64,000 bases of DNA from a virus: IMG/VR virus record IMGVR_UViG_3300027784_000004; one strand, 5' to 3'. Shown here piece by piece: positions 52,963-62,322 of the stretch. Each line of letters begins with the position of its first letter. Position 1 is the first letter of the stretch. The notes below the pieces were generated by a model. It was not told where the DNA came from, searched no databases, and saw only the letters and a program-made list of their open reading frames with translations. The translations under genes and the position numbers were made by a program.

Positions 52963-53389
52963 TCTCCTTTTTTTTCTTCCATTTTATGTATTTTGTTTTT
53001 GCAATCTCATATAATCTATTTTCTTCATCTAACCTATCCATAGAAAGGGTTAATATATTTTTTTTCGGCAATACTTCATAATCACTTATAAAACTATCTT
53101 TAGCAGTATAATCATGATAAATCAATTTTTCTTCTAATTGCTCTTTGCTCATATGTTCTTTGCCTGCTAACATTATACTAGCAAATGGAAAATATAACTC
53201 ATTTGGTTGCAAAAATATCAAAAGAAATTCTTCTTGTTTTTCACCATCATAAAAAGTTTCTTCTAAATCATTAAAAAAATTATTATGTGATGCCAATTCA
53301 GGGTTATATATTAAAGCCCAATATTTTTCTTTATCATTTATTAATTCTATTATCTCTTTATCTTCTGCACCTTTAGTATCATAGCCCAT
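52943..53389 (-). CDS. Hypothetical protein
   Basis: ORF in the co-directional run. Confidence 0.6.
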   Translation of the reverse strand: MGYDTKGAEDKEIIELINDKEKYWALIYNPELASHNNFFNDLEETFYDGEKQEEFLLIFLQPNELYFPFASIMLAGKEHMSKEQLEEKLIYHDYTAKDSFISDYEVLPKKNILTLSMDRLDEENRLYEIAKTKYIKWKKKKENENNGF

Positions 53390-53391
53390 AT

Positions 53392-53730
53392 CTAAAAGCC
53401 CCCTTGCCTTCTTGTATTTTTATATTTATTAATATATATTAAAAAAGGATTATGAATTTTATTATCATCATCAGCATTTATATTTTTAAAACCGCCCTGC
53501 CATTTAGAAATACTAGCATCTGTATGATATAAATAGATTAAATTAATATCACCAAGTTTATATGTTCTTCTAAGCAAATCAATAAAATCATCATCAATAG
53601 CATTAGTAACTGTCATAGTATTTTCATAATTTAAATCCAAAATATGCAATATTTTGCTCTTTTCATAAAAAAATATTTCACCATAACAATATGCCCCGTT
53701 CTGCATTTTTATCTGAAATACTTTTTTCAA
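53392..53730 (-). CDS. Hypothetical protein
   Basis: ORF in the co-directional run. Confidence 0.6.
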   Translation of the reverse strand: MKKVFQIKMQNGAYCYGEIFFYEKSKILHILDLNYENTMTVTNAIDDDFIDLLRRTYKLGDINLIYLYHTDASISKWQGGFKNINADDDNKIHNPFLIYINKYKNTRRQGGF

Positions 53731-53814
53731 AAGAAAACCCCCTTTATTTTACAACTTTTATATAGTTTTCTACAAAAACTTATCAATTCCTGCTATTTGT
53801 GCAAAAAAAATATA

Positions 53815-54120
53815 TTAATTTTCAGTTATTATTTCTACCCCTTCATTTTTAAAATCATTAAGCATATTTTCTACTATTTCATCAAATTCTTTAGTTTTTA
53901 TAAAATCTCTGCCCTTTGCTAGAAAACCTAACTGTAAAGGGTTTATATACATATTAACCCAAATTTCTTTATATCTCTTATTAATGGGATATTGACCTAT
54001 ATCATTAGCTGTTAGAAAAAACTCAAATTTATCTTCCTGATTCAAACCTATATTTAAATAAAGCTTTCTAATTACTGCCTGCTCTAAGTTATCAATTATA
54101 TCTTTTTTCTTAATCTCCAT
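53815..54120 (-). CDS. Hypothetical protein
   Basis: ORF in the co-directional run. Confidence 0.55.
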   Translation of the reverse strand: MEIKKKDIIDNLEQAVIRKLYLNIGLNQEDKFEFFLTANDIGQYPINKRYKEIWVNMYINPLQLGFLAKGRDFIKTKEFDEIVENMLNDFKNEGVEIITEN

Positions 54121-54448
54121 TTTTGCAACCCTCCTTTAATTCAAAATAATAATCATCTACTAGTTCATCTTGTGAAATAAACATAGCACCATCACTAGAA
54201 ACTGTTACATTTATTCTTTTACCCTCATTAGTCCATAAACAATGCTTATATGTGCCATCACCTTTTATATGCCCTTTGCCATGCTCATATCTATCTGAAC
54301 CATCTTTTAAAACGCCCCTGCCAACGCTAAAATCTATCTTATCCCATTCTATAAATAACATTGCGCCAACTGATTTAATGCTTTTTTTTAATGCATCTAC
54401 CTGCTCTTTTGTTACGCTTTCAACTTTTTCAAGTTGCATACTTATCAC
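54110..54448 (-). CDS. Hypothetical protein
   Basis: ORF in the co-directional run. Confidence 0.55.
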   Translation of the reverse strand: MISMQLEKVESVTKEQVDALKKSIKSVGAMLFIEWDKIDFSVGRGVLKDGSDRYEHGKGHIKGDGTYKHCLWTNEGKRINVTVSSDGAMFISQDELVDDYYFELKEGCKNGD

Positions 54449-54717
54449 GCCTTTTTACTTATTTTTGAGAAAAGATATTTTCTAAATTCATCTTCTGCCC
54501 AATCTTCTTTTAAAAAACAAGTTGTAATATCATCTTCATTTTCTAAATCTCTAAAAGTAATAGCTGTTACATTACCGCCTATTTCTTCAACTATTATTGC
54601 AGAAAGTTCTTCATAATCAAAAGTTAATGCTAGTGCATTACCCTGTTCATCAATATTAGTAATATATATTTCTTCAAGCCCTTCATTAACTTCAAGCAAA
54701 CAATCTTGATACACCAT
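54445..54717 (-). CDS. Acidic hypothetical protein
   Basis: ORF with AAGGGG RBS. Confidence 0.6.
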   Translation of the reverse strand: MVYQDCLLEVNEGLEEIYITNIDEQGNALALTFDYEELSAIIVEEIGGNVTAITFRDLENEDDITTCFLKEDWAEDEFRKYLFSKISKKA

Positions 54718-54741
54718 TTTTAAAAAAGCCCCCTTTATCAG

Positions 54742-55050
54742 CTAGCAATTATCAATCATTCTTTGAAATGTAACTTTTAAAGCGTTAATTATTTCAAATT
54801 GAAAAGGTATTAAATATTCTTCTCTTGTATCTTGCCATTCTTTTTCACTAAACATTTTAGGGTTTTTCTTTAAAATAAAACCATCTTCTTTTATCTCAAT
54901 AATAACACCCATGATAGCCAGCCCATCAAATATATTATATAATTCATTTTTGCCATATAAATTTTCAATTACTTCAAGTAATAACAGCCACAATTTAATT
55001 TGACCTTTACTTCTATCATCTTTGTTAGCTACATCTTGAATGAAACTCAT
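54742..55050 (-). CDS. Hypothetical protein
   Basis: Coupled ORF. Confidence 0.6.
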   Translation of the reverse strand: MSFIQDVANKDDRSKGQIKLWLLLLEVIENLYGKNELYNIFDGLAIMGVIIEIKEDGFILKKNPKMFSEKEWQDTREEYLIPFQFEIINALKVTFQRMIDNC

Positions 55051-55328
55051 TAGAAAGGTAACTCCTTTCTGCTTTTCACATTATATATCCTAAGTTTCAA
55101 ACTGATATTATCACCATATATTTCACTAATATAATCTTCTATCTCATTTTCTTTTGTGCCAGCCAATTTCATATAAAATTTTTCACTCTCTTTATAGTCT
55201 AAAAATATTTCATCTTCATATATTTCACTTATGCAACCTTTTTCCAAACATATTGATAAGGCTTTATTTTCTGTGCTAACTAAGTTTATTAATTCATGCC
55301 ATTTATTAATCACATCTTTCATGTTCAT
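55050..55328 (-). CDS. Stand-alone domain resembling the DnaX (tau) C-terminus or DnaA domain I
   Basis: KWHELINLV...KALS..L...IFLDY...FY...IE.YI.EIYG..I.L.L pattern. Confidence 0.45.
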   Translation of the reverse strand: MNMKDVINKWHELINLVSTENKALSICLEKGCISEIYEDEIFLDYKESEKFYMKLAGTKENEIEDYISEIYGDNISLKLRIYNVKSRKELPF

Positions 55329-55376
55329 TTTAAATAAAGCCCCCTCTCAATTTATTTTAAATAAATTTCATAACCC

Positions 55377-55664
55377 TTACTGGAATACCCCAAAATCTTC
55401 AACTTTAGACCTAGCATCTAAAAGTTCAACTTCGCTTTCATGTAGTAGTAGTTTTTTACCATGTATTTCAACAGCAAAAGTTCTGCCCCTGTATGCATTA
55501 ATTAAAGCCCTGCCCATTCTAAATGCATACTTGCCTATTATGCTATTACCGTTTATTTCATGCCAGCGCTTACCATCAAATACATCAGTATCTTCACCAA
55601 CTACAAAACAAGTATTACCCTTAAATTCACCATCTGTGACTTTAGCACTATAACTATATTCCAC
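55377..55664 (-). CDS. Hypothetical protein
   Basis: ORF after a degenerate repeat promoter. Confidence 0.6.
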   Translation of the reverse strand: MEYSYSAKVTDGEFKGNTCFVVGEDTDVFDGKRWHEINGNSIIGKYAFRMGRALINAYRGRTFAVEIHGKKLLLHESEVELLDARSKVEDFGVFQ

Positions 55665-55691
55665 AAAATCACCCCTTAAAGAAATATATAA

Positions 55692-55745
55692 TTATCATTT
55701 CCCTTACTACCTAAGTATATATACAAAGTGTATGAATGTCAATAC
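55692..55745 (-). promoter_or_regulatory. Degenerate copy of the repeat promoter
   Basis: TTGACA-17bp-TATACT followed by AAGGGAAATGATAA. Confidence 0.7.
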
Positions 55746-55749
55746 CTTT

Positions 55750-55974
55750 TTATAGCAAATTCTTAATTAAGTGTAGCATTTGTGATTCACTAGCTAATAC
55801 TATTTCGTCTGCACCTTGTTCAGCTATCTTATCATCAAAGAACTTAACAGCCTTGCTATCTTTATCATTGCCACTTAAAACAAGCGCTATGCCCCTATAA
55901 GTTGCTAATATAGAAGGCTCACCAGTAGATATAGTTGGTATCTTCTTTTTACTCTTGTTCTTCAAATAAGCCAC
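55750..55974 (-). CDS. Hypothetical protein, paralog of 9013..9264
   Basis: LATYRGIA...SKAVKFFDDKI. Confidence 0.65.
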   Translation of the reverse strand: MAYLKNKSKKKIPTISTGEPSILATYRGIALVLSGNDKDSKAVKFFDDKIAEQGADEIVLASESQMLHLIKNLL

Positions 55975-56881
55975 CGCCTTTTATTCTAAAATCATTACCT
56001 TCAAAAAATATTCTATTTTCTCTACACTTTTCATTAATTCGTGAAGTGATACGCTTAAATTGCCTTTGTGAAAATTTCTCAATATCTTTTGTATATTCAT
56101 CTAAAAATAAATCACTAAATCTAATATTACTAGTAAAGATAGTTGTTTTATCTGTGTTATATCTGTAACCTATCCAAGAATGTAGTTTCTCTAGCGCCCA
56201 AGGTGTTGCCCTTTCAGCAAAAATATCATCTAATAATAAAACCTTAGCCCTTTTGCATTTACCATCAATTTCTGATTCTAACATACTTTTTTTCTCACCA
56301 TAAGATGCCCTAATTGCTGTTAGTGTAGAATTAACATCTAAAGCATAAACAGGTAAATACTTATCTTTGTTTTGCCTTATCCACATACCCCTTCTATTAT
56401 TATTTTCATCATACCATTCTTTTTTAACATAATAATCTATAATGCCATTTAATACAGCGCTTGCCATAGTAGTCTTGCCATTACCAACATCACCATTTAA
56501 ATATAACCATTTTTTATTTTTATCATCATAATTAGAAGTGAACTCTTTTAACTTATCAAAATTTTCTTTATCATGCTTGCAATATTTTTCTCTATCTATT
56601 GAACTAAATCTAATTTTTCTATAGTCTTTTATCAATTCGCAAAGGTTTGAATTTTTTAAGAATTGTTCTCTTGTATTAAGATAAAAGCTTTTCTTAATAG
56701 CTTGTTTATGTTTATCACAATGCTTGTATAAAAAATAGTAATCATCAGCAGTAAAATCTTCTGCTGTTTTAGCTTTAATTTTTTCAATTCTATCAGCTAT
56801 ATAATTACTATCAGCTTTTTCCTTTTTCTTATTTTCTAACTGTTCTTTCTTTTTTTGTATAATATCTTGAAATGCACTCAC
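55949..56881 (-). CDS. DnaC/IstB-like AAA+ helicase loader
   Basis: Walker A GDVGNGKT, Walker B LLLDDIFAE, TIFTSN. Confidence 0.92.
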   Translation of the reverse strand: MSAFQDIIQKKKEQLENKKKEKADSNYIADRIEKIKAKTAEDFTADDYYFLYKHCDKHKQAIKKSFYLNTREQFLKNSNLCELIKDYRKIRFSSIDREKYCKHDKENFDKLKEFTSNYDDKNKKWLYLNGDVGNGKTTMASAVLNGIIDYYVKKEWYDENNNRRGMWIRQNKDKYLPVYALDVNSTLTAIRASYGEKKSMLESEIDGKCKRAKVLLLDDIFAERATPWALEKLHSWIGYRYNTDKTTIFTSNIRFSDLFLDEYTKDIEKFSQRQFKRITSRINEKCRENRIFFEGNDFRIKGGGLFEEQE

Positions 56882-56911
56882 TTATATAACACCTGCCCCT
56901 TTTATTTTAAA

Positions 56912-58117
56912 TTAATCTTCAAATCTAGCCCTATGTGCCTTTAATTCTTCTTTAGTATATTTGCCACTACTTATTAGTTCTTCATCTGACATTGTATTAA
57001 AGCCATAACTAAATTCTTTATTATTATAATTATTTTTTTTGCTATTAGGTTTTTTATCTTGTTGCATTTGAATCCATATATTTTTATCTGCCTGTATTCT
57101 TAGCTTTTTAGCGCTTAATATATTAGTGTGCCAAAATTCATGGCTCTGTGTCCAATTTATCATTTTTTCAATATCATTATAAGAAAAACCCTTATTATCA
57201 CTTTCTTTGTTGCCCATACCGCCCAGCCTATTTAATCGCTCAATCTCAATAGCCCAACCTTCAAGCCCAGCAGGTGTAGCATCAGGCAAAGCAATCTTAC
57301 CATTATTGTTTTCTATAAGTGTTCTAAGCAATAAAGCCAGTTCATAAGGCTTGCTGTTTTCATCAAATTTAGGCTTGTACTTTTTCTTATTAGCTTTATT
57401 GTTAGCTTTAGCATTAATATCATTATTAGTTTTATTGTTAACATCAGTATTAATATCATTGTTAGCTTTAGTGTTAATATCATTATTAACACTAGCACTA
57501 ATATTAGCGCTAGCATTATTGTTATTTTTAATATCAATATTATCATCATCATTAATATTTTTAAATAAAGTTCTTTCTTCTTTGCTTAAATTATCATTAT
57601 GTATAGCTTTAACTCTTTTTTCCTTTTCTTCTCTCAATTTACTATATTTATTATATAAATTAATAACTTCTTCAATATCAGGTATAGGGTGTACTTTAAG
57701 CCTTGCTTTTACCGCCTTATATAAGTCATTTTTTTTATTCTTTTTTGCATAACTTAATATATTTTCTATATAAGTAACATCTACGATAGTGTAAATATTG
57801 CTATTTTGACCGCCATGTTTATTATATCTTTCTTGCTTTTTTATATAACCTGCTTTAACTAAATTTCTTATAGATTTATCACCCCTTAATCTTTTGCAAT
57901 GTGCCATTTCAAATAAAGCACTCCTTTTAGGAAATGCTTTACCCGTTTTTATATCTGAAAAAAAAGATAAAGCTAAATACATATTTATATCATATGAATC
58001 TAAAAGCTTATCTTTTATAGGCAAATTAAAAATTTTAGTATAAGACCATGTAACACCGTTTACTATTACATCTTCAATTTCATCATTTTTCATTGTGTCT
58101 TTTATGTTTTCTTCCAT
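56912..58117 (-). CDS. Phage replication initiator (N-terminal wHTH, low-complexity linker, C-terminal domain)
   Basis: KAFPKRSAL...L.KAGYI...Q.SNIY; WTQSHEFW..NILS..KLR; upstream of the loader. Confidence 0.85.
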   Translation of the reverse strand: MEENIKDTMKNDEIEDVIVNGVTWSYTKIFNLPIKDKLLDSYDINMYLALSFFSDIKTGKAFPKRSALFEMAHCKRLRGDKSIRNLVKAGYIKKQERYNKHGGQNSNIYTIVDVTYIENILSYAKKNKKNDLYKAVKARLKVHPIPDIEEVINLYNKYSKLREEKEKRVKAIHNDNLSKEERTLFKNINDDDNIDIKNNNNASANISASVNNDINTKANNDINTDVNNKTNNDINAKANNKANKKKYKPKFDENSKPYELALLLRTLIENNNGKIALPDATPAGLEGWAIEIERLNRLGGMGNKESDNKGFSYNDIEKMINWTQSHEFWHTNILSAKKLRIQADKNIWIQMQQDKKPNSKKNNYNNKEFSYGFNTMSDEELISSGKYTKEELKAHRARFED

Positions 58118-58169
58118 TTGTAAAAACCTTCCCCCTCCAAGTAGTATAATTTCTAGCTTAATGGCTGTT

Positions 58170-58208
58170 AAAATAGCACTTATTGCTAGTAAATAGTGGT
58201 GCTTTTAT
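58170..58208 (-). terminator. Hairpin with a short U-tract in the initiator-gene leader (possible attenuator)
   Basis: AGCAC...GTGCT-ATTTT on the minus strand about 50 nt upstream of the ATG. Confidence 0.4.
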
Positions 58209-58210
58209 TC

Positions 58211-58239
58211 TTGCATAAAGATAAAAGTAATGATATAAT
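58211..58239 (+). promoter_or_regulatory. Antisense-oriented sigmaA promoter
   Basis: TTGCAT-17bp-TGnTATAAT. Confidence 0.7.
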
Positions 58240-58245
58240 ATATCT

Positions 58246-58784
58246 AAGCAGTCAAAGTTTTAAACTTTGTCCGCAAAAATTGAATATCTGAAAACTAAAA
58301 ATCAAACATCAATAACTGATAAAAGCTATTGATACTAAAATATTTAATTATTTGTGATTTTTTCTTAAAATTATTTATTTAGTGAATCTCTTTAATCTTC
58401 TTTTTGATTCTTAAATTATTTGATTATTTGATTCTTGATTTTTGTTTTCTTCCCTGAAAAGCTTTTTTAAATCCATTGGCGTGGTTTTTAAGCTTTTCTT
58501 TTTTTTATGTTGCTTTTTCATTTTATCATATCCCCTTTAAAATTACAATTAGTTTAAAAGCTTATTTAAAAAAATATATAGACTTACTACTTGTAATAAA
58601 ATACATTTATTGTTATAATATATTTGTAGTTGCTATATTAGCTTTTTGCAAAATCTTCCGTTTGTATATTAAGCCTACATATGCAAAGCACGTTTAGTGC
58701 TATTTTTTGCAAAAAGCGAATTATAGTAATTCTATTAAAAAAAATAAATCAGCCCATTATGCAGGTTTCTTACCTGCATTTTTT
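58246..58784 (+). ncRNA. Putative antisense RNA to the replication-operon leader
   Basis: Bounded by promoter 58211-58239 and plus-strand terminator ATGCAGGT-TTCTT-ACCTGCAT-T5 at 58759-58784; no ORF with an RBS. Confidence 0.4.
58411..58521 (-). CDS. 36-aa basic peptide MKKQHKKKKSLKTTPMDLKKLFREE...
   Basis: Hand-translated; RBS AAAGGGG. Confidence 0.45.
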   Translation of the reverse strand: MKKQHKKKKSLKTTPMDLKKLFREENKNQESNNQII

Positions 58785-59394
58785 AATGCCTGCTTAATTT
58801 TAATATCTATACAGAAAGCCCTTCAATTACTCTATTTAAATATATTATAGTTCCATAATTGATGGGTTTTATTTCTAAATATTCGGTTGCCATTTAAACT
58901 GCCTTTAAAGCCTAATTGTGACTTTAACGTGTATATTTATATCAAGATAGGCTTAAATCTCTATTTAAAGCATATACATAGCTTAAATTTGATATGTTTA
59001 ATTGAATTGTTTTACTCTATCTTTTTATTTAATAAATTTAGAGAAATGATTTTTTCTAAAAAATATTGCATTTTTTTAATGCAATAGAAAAGCGCCAGTT
59101 GTTTTTATATTGTTCTCTTTTAAAGTATGCTTTATATATAAATAGCTATAGTTCTGTGGTATTTTTCGCATACCTCTTTACTACATTTTGAAAATTACTC
59201 TGTTTAAAGCTGTTGTTACAGCAAGCTTAATAAAAAATATGATGAAATCTAAAAACTAAAAGAGGTATATTTAAAAACCACCCTTGCCCTATTTTTTAAA
59301 TACCACCGCTAGTATATATTAAATACCTCATTAAATATATGATACATAACCTGTGTTATATATAAAAATTACTAATATTTGTTATTTATTTTTA

Positions 59395-59433
59395 CAAAAC
59401 AAAGCGCCAATATTTAAAAAAATATCAGCGCTT
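59395..59433 (-). terminator. Intrinsic terminator after the 42-aa peptide
   Basis: 13-bp stem AAGCGCTGATATT/AATATTGGCGCTT plus U-rich tail. Confidence 0.65.
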
Positions 59434-59442
59434 ATAGTTCAC

Positions 59443-59571
59443 CTATTTTATTTTATTTTTTGTTTTAAATTTAATATTCGTTATTTCGTATCTTTCAGGT
59501 TTTCTCTTATGTTTAATATATAAGCAAACAGCCATTACAACTATCAAAAATATAGTAATTATTACCTCCAT
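59443..59571 (-). CDS. 42-aa single-TM peptide with a basic tail
   Basis: Hand-translated MEVIITIFLIVVMAVCLYIKHKRKPERYEITNIKFKTKNKIK; RBS AAAGGGGG; flanked by hairpins. Confidence 0.65.
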   Translation of the reverse strand: MEVIITIFLIVVMAVCLYIKHKRKPERYEITNIKFKTKNKIK

Positions 59572-59639
59572 TTTCAAATAGCCCCCTTTAACTATGTATT
59601 AGCCTGCTAGCTAAAATCATAAGAAAGCAGGCTATTTTT

Positions 59640-60827
59640 TTACAAGTTTTTTACTACTTCTTCTTCAATACCATAGCAAATATCTTCAAAGTCTTTTGCT
59701 TTTATATTCTTAGTTGATGCCTTTTTATAACCATATTTTAACATAACTTTTCTTACAATATCGCCATCATGTTCAGCAAGTGCAAATAATTTGCCTGCTT
59801 GCTCCATGCTAATAGTTTTATTTTCTTCAATCTTAGCATCAGCCCTAGCCTTAGCATCAGCATTAGCCTTAGCGCTAGCACTAGCTTTAGGGTTCTTGTT
59901 ATCGCTAGCGTTACCGCTAGAATTAGCGCTATTGTTGGTGCTATTATTATCATTAGTATTATTGTTAGCTTTATTGTTAACATTAGCATTAGCATTATTG
60001 TTAACCTTATTATTAGCATTAGTATTATTGTTCTTGTTAGTCTTAGTATTCTTGTTAGTCTTAGTATTAGTGCTAGTATTATTATTAGTATTATTGCTTT
60101 TATTATTGTTCTTATTAGCATTAGCTTTAGTATTATTGCTTTTGTTCTTATTAGTATTAGCTTTAGTATTATTACTTTTGTTAGTATTCTTATTAGCATT
60201 ACTGTTATTATTGCTATTATCATCATTATTATTATAGCTGTTAGCTTGCTCATTAGTAGCATCTAAAACTTCTTCATAGCTTGCCAACCCTGTGCCTATA
60301 AGCCCTATGCCTGCTTGCGCTATAGCACGCCCAATAGCAGAAGTCTTAGCCTTTTCAATAGGGTTTGTGCTGTTAGCACCGCCACCAGTCCAAAATATTC
60401 TGCTAATACCTTCTAAGTTGCCAAAAAGTTCACTTTCTATTTTTACCACTAAAGGGTAATATTCAGGCGTGCCATTGTTTTCTTCTAATAACTTACATAC
60501 ATGCTCTATATTTGATGTGATATTATACTTGCTACGCTTGTTATTTTCCTTGTCAAAGTGTTCATTAGCAAACCACAATACCCTGCCATGTACAGTAATA
60601 TAAGGGTTTTTAATTTTAATAAAAGTTTTTTGCTTATAAATAAAGCCACCTAATTTTTCTAATTCTATTAATTCTTTACCATTTTTAATTGCAAAGTTAC
60701 CTATTTTTTTATTTTGTTCAAGCATAACAATAAAAGAATGATATTGTTTAGGTGTTTGATTAAAAGCTTGCTCTATAAGTTTACCTTCTTTTTCTTTTTC
60801 ACTTCTTGCTATATCAATAATATCCAT
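59640..60827 (-). CDS. Single-strand annealing recombinase (Rad52/Erf/Sak superfamily) with a long N/T/K/A linker
   Basis: YITVHGRV, AKTSAIGRAIA motif, C-terminal three-helix domain. Confidence 0.7.
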   Translation of the reverse strand: MDIIDIARSEKEKEGKLIEQAFNQTPKQYHSFIVMLEQNKKIGNFAIKNGKELIELEKLGGFIYKQKTFIKIKNPYITVHGRVLWFANEHFDKENNKRSKYNITSNIEHVCKLLEENNGTPEYYPLVVKIESELFGNLEGISRIFWTGGGANSTNPIEKAKTSAIGRAIAQAGIGLIGTGLASYEEVLDATNEQANSYNNNDDNSNNNSNANKNTNKSNNTKANTNKNKSNNTKANANKNNNKSNNTNNNTSTNTKTNKNTKTNKNNNTNANNKVNNNANANVNNKANNNTNDNNSTNNSANSSGNASDNKNPKASASAKANADAKARADAKIEENKTISMEQAGKLFALAEHDGDIVRKVMLKYGYKKASTKNIKAKDFEDICYGIEEEVVKNL

Positions 60828-60855
60828 AATGTAAACCTTCTTCCTAGGTTTTAGT

Positions 60856-61431
60856 TTAGTTTAGTTTAATAATCATTTTAACTTCTCCATCTTCAACTTC
60901 AACGCCATCTACAATTTCACCCGTATTAGTATCAACAACTTTACCTTCAACTACTTCAAAGTTTTGCTTAAATTCTCTTTTTTTGAGTTTTTCTTGTATC
61001 TTATAAAAGTCATGGTATTTATTTTCTTTAAGCCAATCAACTATTTTTTGTTCATCATTATATTTCCACTTATCCCGTCCTTTTCTAGTTGATACCTTGC
61101 CATGTGGTGTATTAATTTTAAAATCTTCGCCTTCTTCTTTAAGCTTTTTGCTATAATATTTTTCAATCAGGCTTTCAAAATAAGATATAGAAGTTTCTAT
61201 TCTCTCTTTCTCATTATCTTCCCATTCTTGTATATTAGCCCTTTCTTTATCAGCAGTTTTTTGCACTTCATCAAGTTGCTTATTTAAACTAGTAAGCATC
61301 TTTAAAGTCCAACTAGCACTACTATTATTAGTTACTTTAAAAGGGTCGCTATCTTTTTTATCTTTAGCTTGAACCTTAGCCTTAATCTCATTAGCCCTAC
61401 TAACATAATCTTGTTCATAAGAATTTAACAT
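60856..61431 (-). CDS. Mu Gam-like host-nuclease inhibitor / DNA end-binding protein
   Basis: Coiled coil then INTPHGKVSTRK and K.KKREFK. Confidence 0.8.
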   Translation of the reverse strand: MLNSYEQDYVSRANEIKAKVQAKDKKDSDPFKVTNNSSASWTLKMLTSLNKQLDEVQKTADKERANIQEWEDNEKERIETSISYFESLIEKYYSKKLKEEGEDFKINTPHGKVSTRKGRDKWKYNDEQKIVDWLKENKYHDFYKIQEKLKKREFKQNFEVVEGKVVDTNTGEIVDGVEVEDGEVKMIIKLN

Positions 61432-61484
61432 ATATTATACCTCCTGTATAATTTTAATTTTTTTGTATTTCTAAGCCTTCGCCC

Positions 61485-61775
61485 CTACTCACTAGCTGTT
61501 AGATTCATATTAAAAATATCATCTATGCTATCAACTTCAAAAAGTTCTTTAAGTGCTAAAAGTTCATCTAATTTAAAATCACTAGGCTTATTTTCTCTAG
61601 CATAATATGTGTGCCTTGAAAAGCTTAAAGCCCTAGCAACATCACTTTTATTAATATCTCTTGATAATCTAACAAACTCAAATCTTTCAGAAAGTTCATC
61701 TTCGCTTAATTCTCTTAGCGGTTTATCGCCTTGCTTTCCAAGTATTTTTTCTTTACTAAGATATTGGTTTATCAT
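61485..61775 (-). CDS. XRE/Cro-like HTH regulator
   Basis: DINKSDVARALSFSRHTYYARENKP.DF. Confidence 0.8.
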   Translation of the reverse strand: MINQYLSKEKILGKQGDKPLRELSEDELSERFEFVRLSRDINKSDVARALSFSRHTYYARENKPSDFKLDELLALKELFEVDSIDDIFNMNLTASE

Positions 61776-61888
61776 GTTAGCAACCCCTCTCTAATGTATA
61801 TTATCTGATACTCTTGTAATTATTATACCATACAAGGTGTAAGAAATACACCCTATATAGTTGGTATTTTTTACACCTTTAAAGAATT

Positions 61889-62116
61889 TTAGTTTAAAAA
61901 AGATTTTCTTTGTTCATAGCTATAGCAACCATCTATAATTGCTTTAGTAAGCTTGCTAAATACCTTATAAGCATCTTCTTTGCTAGCATATGTGTTATGT
62001 GTATATTCTTTAGTTTCTTCGTTTCTAATGCCTACTGTATATTTGTTACCATCTTTGCCATACTTTACTTTAATATCTCCTTGTATATCTACCATTTCAG
62101 CTATTGTAAAATTCAT
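61889..62116 (-). CDS. Hypothetical early protein, paralog of 3937..4176
   Basis: Alignment by eye. Confidence 0.7.
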   Translation of the reverse strand: MNFTIAEMVDIQGDIKVKYGKDGNKYTVGIRNEETKEYTHNTYASKEDAYKVFSKLTKAIIDGCYSYEQRKSFLN

Positions 62117-62147
62117 TTATATCACTCTCTCTAATTTTTTTTATTTA

Positions 62148-62204
62148 TTATTTCCCTCAACCTCTAAATATATTATACCATACAACTTGTAAGAATGTCA
62201 ACAC
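62148..62204 (-). promoter_or_regulatory. Copy of the repeat promoter
   Basis: TTGACA-TTCTTACAAGTTGTATGG-TATAAT plus leader; nearly identical to 4401-4460. Confidence 0.9.
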
Positions 62205-62322
62205 TAATGCACTACTTTTCATACACCAATTAATGGTAAAACTAAAATAAATCATTTTCTGCAATTACATCTATTATTTCAACTAATAGCCATGATTTAA
62301 GGTAAAAAAATAAAGCTAGGTT

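Noticed and set aside
58476-58697. 73-aa hydrophobic plus-strand ORF inside the putative antisense RNA
   Set aside because: TTG start without an RBS, AT-rich composition, and it overlaps a better-supported minus-strand ORF
59753-60266. Leu/Ile-rich alternative-frame ORFs (also 8271..8690 and 57313..57752)
   Set aside because: Artefacts of the low-complexity repeats read in other frames
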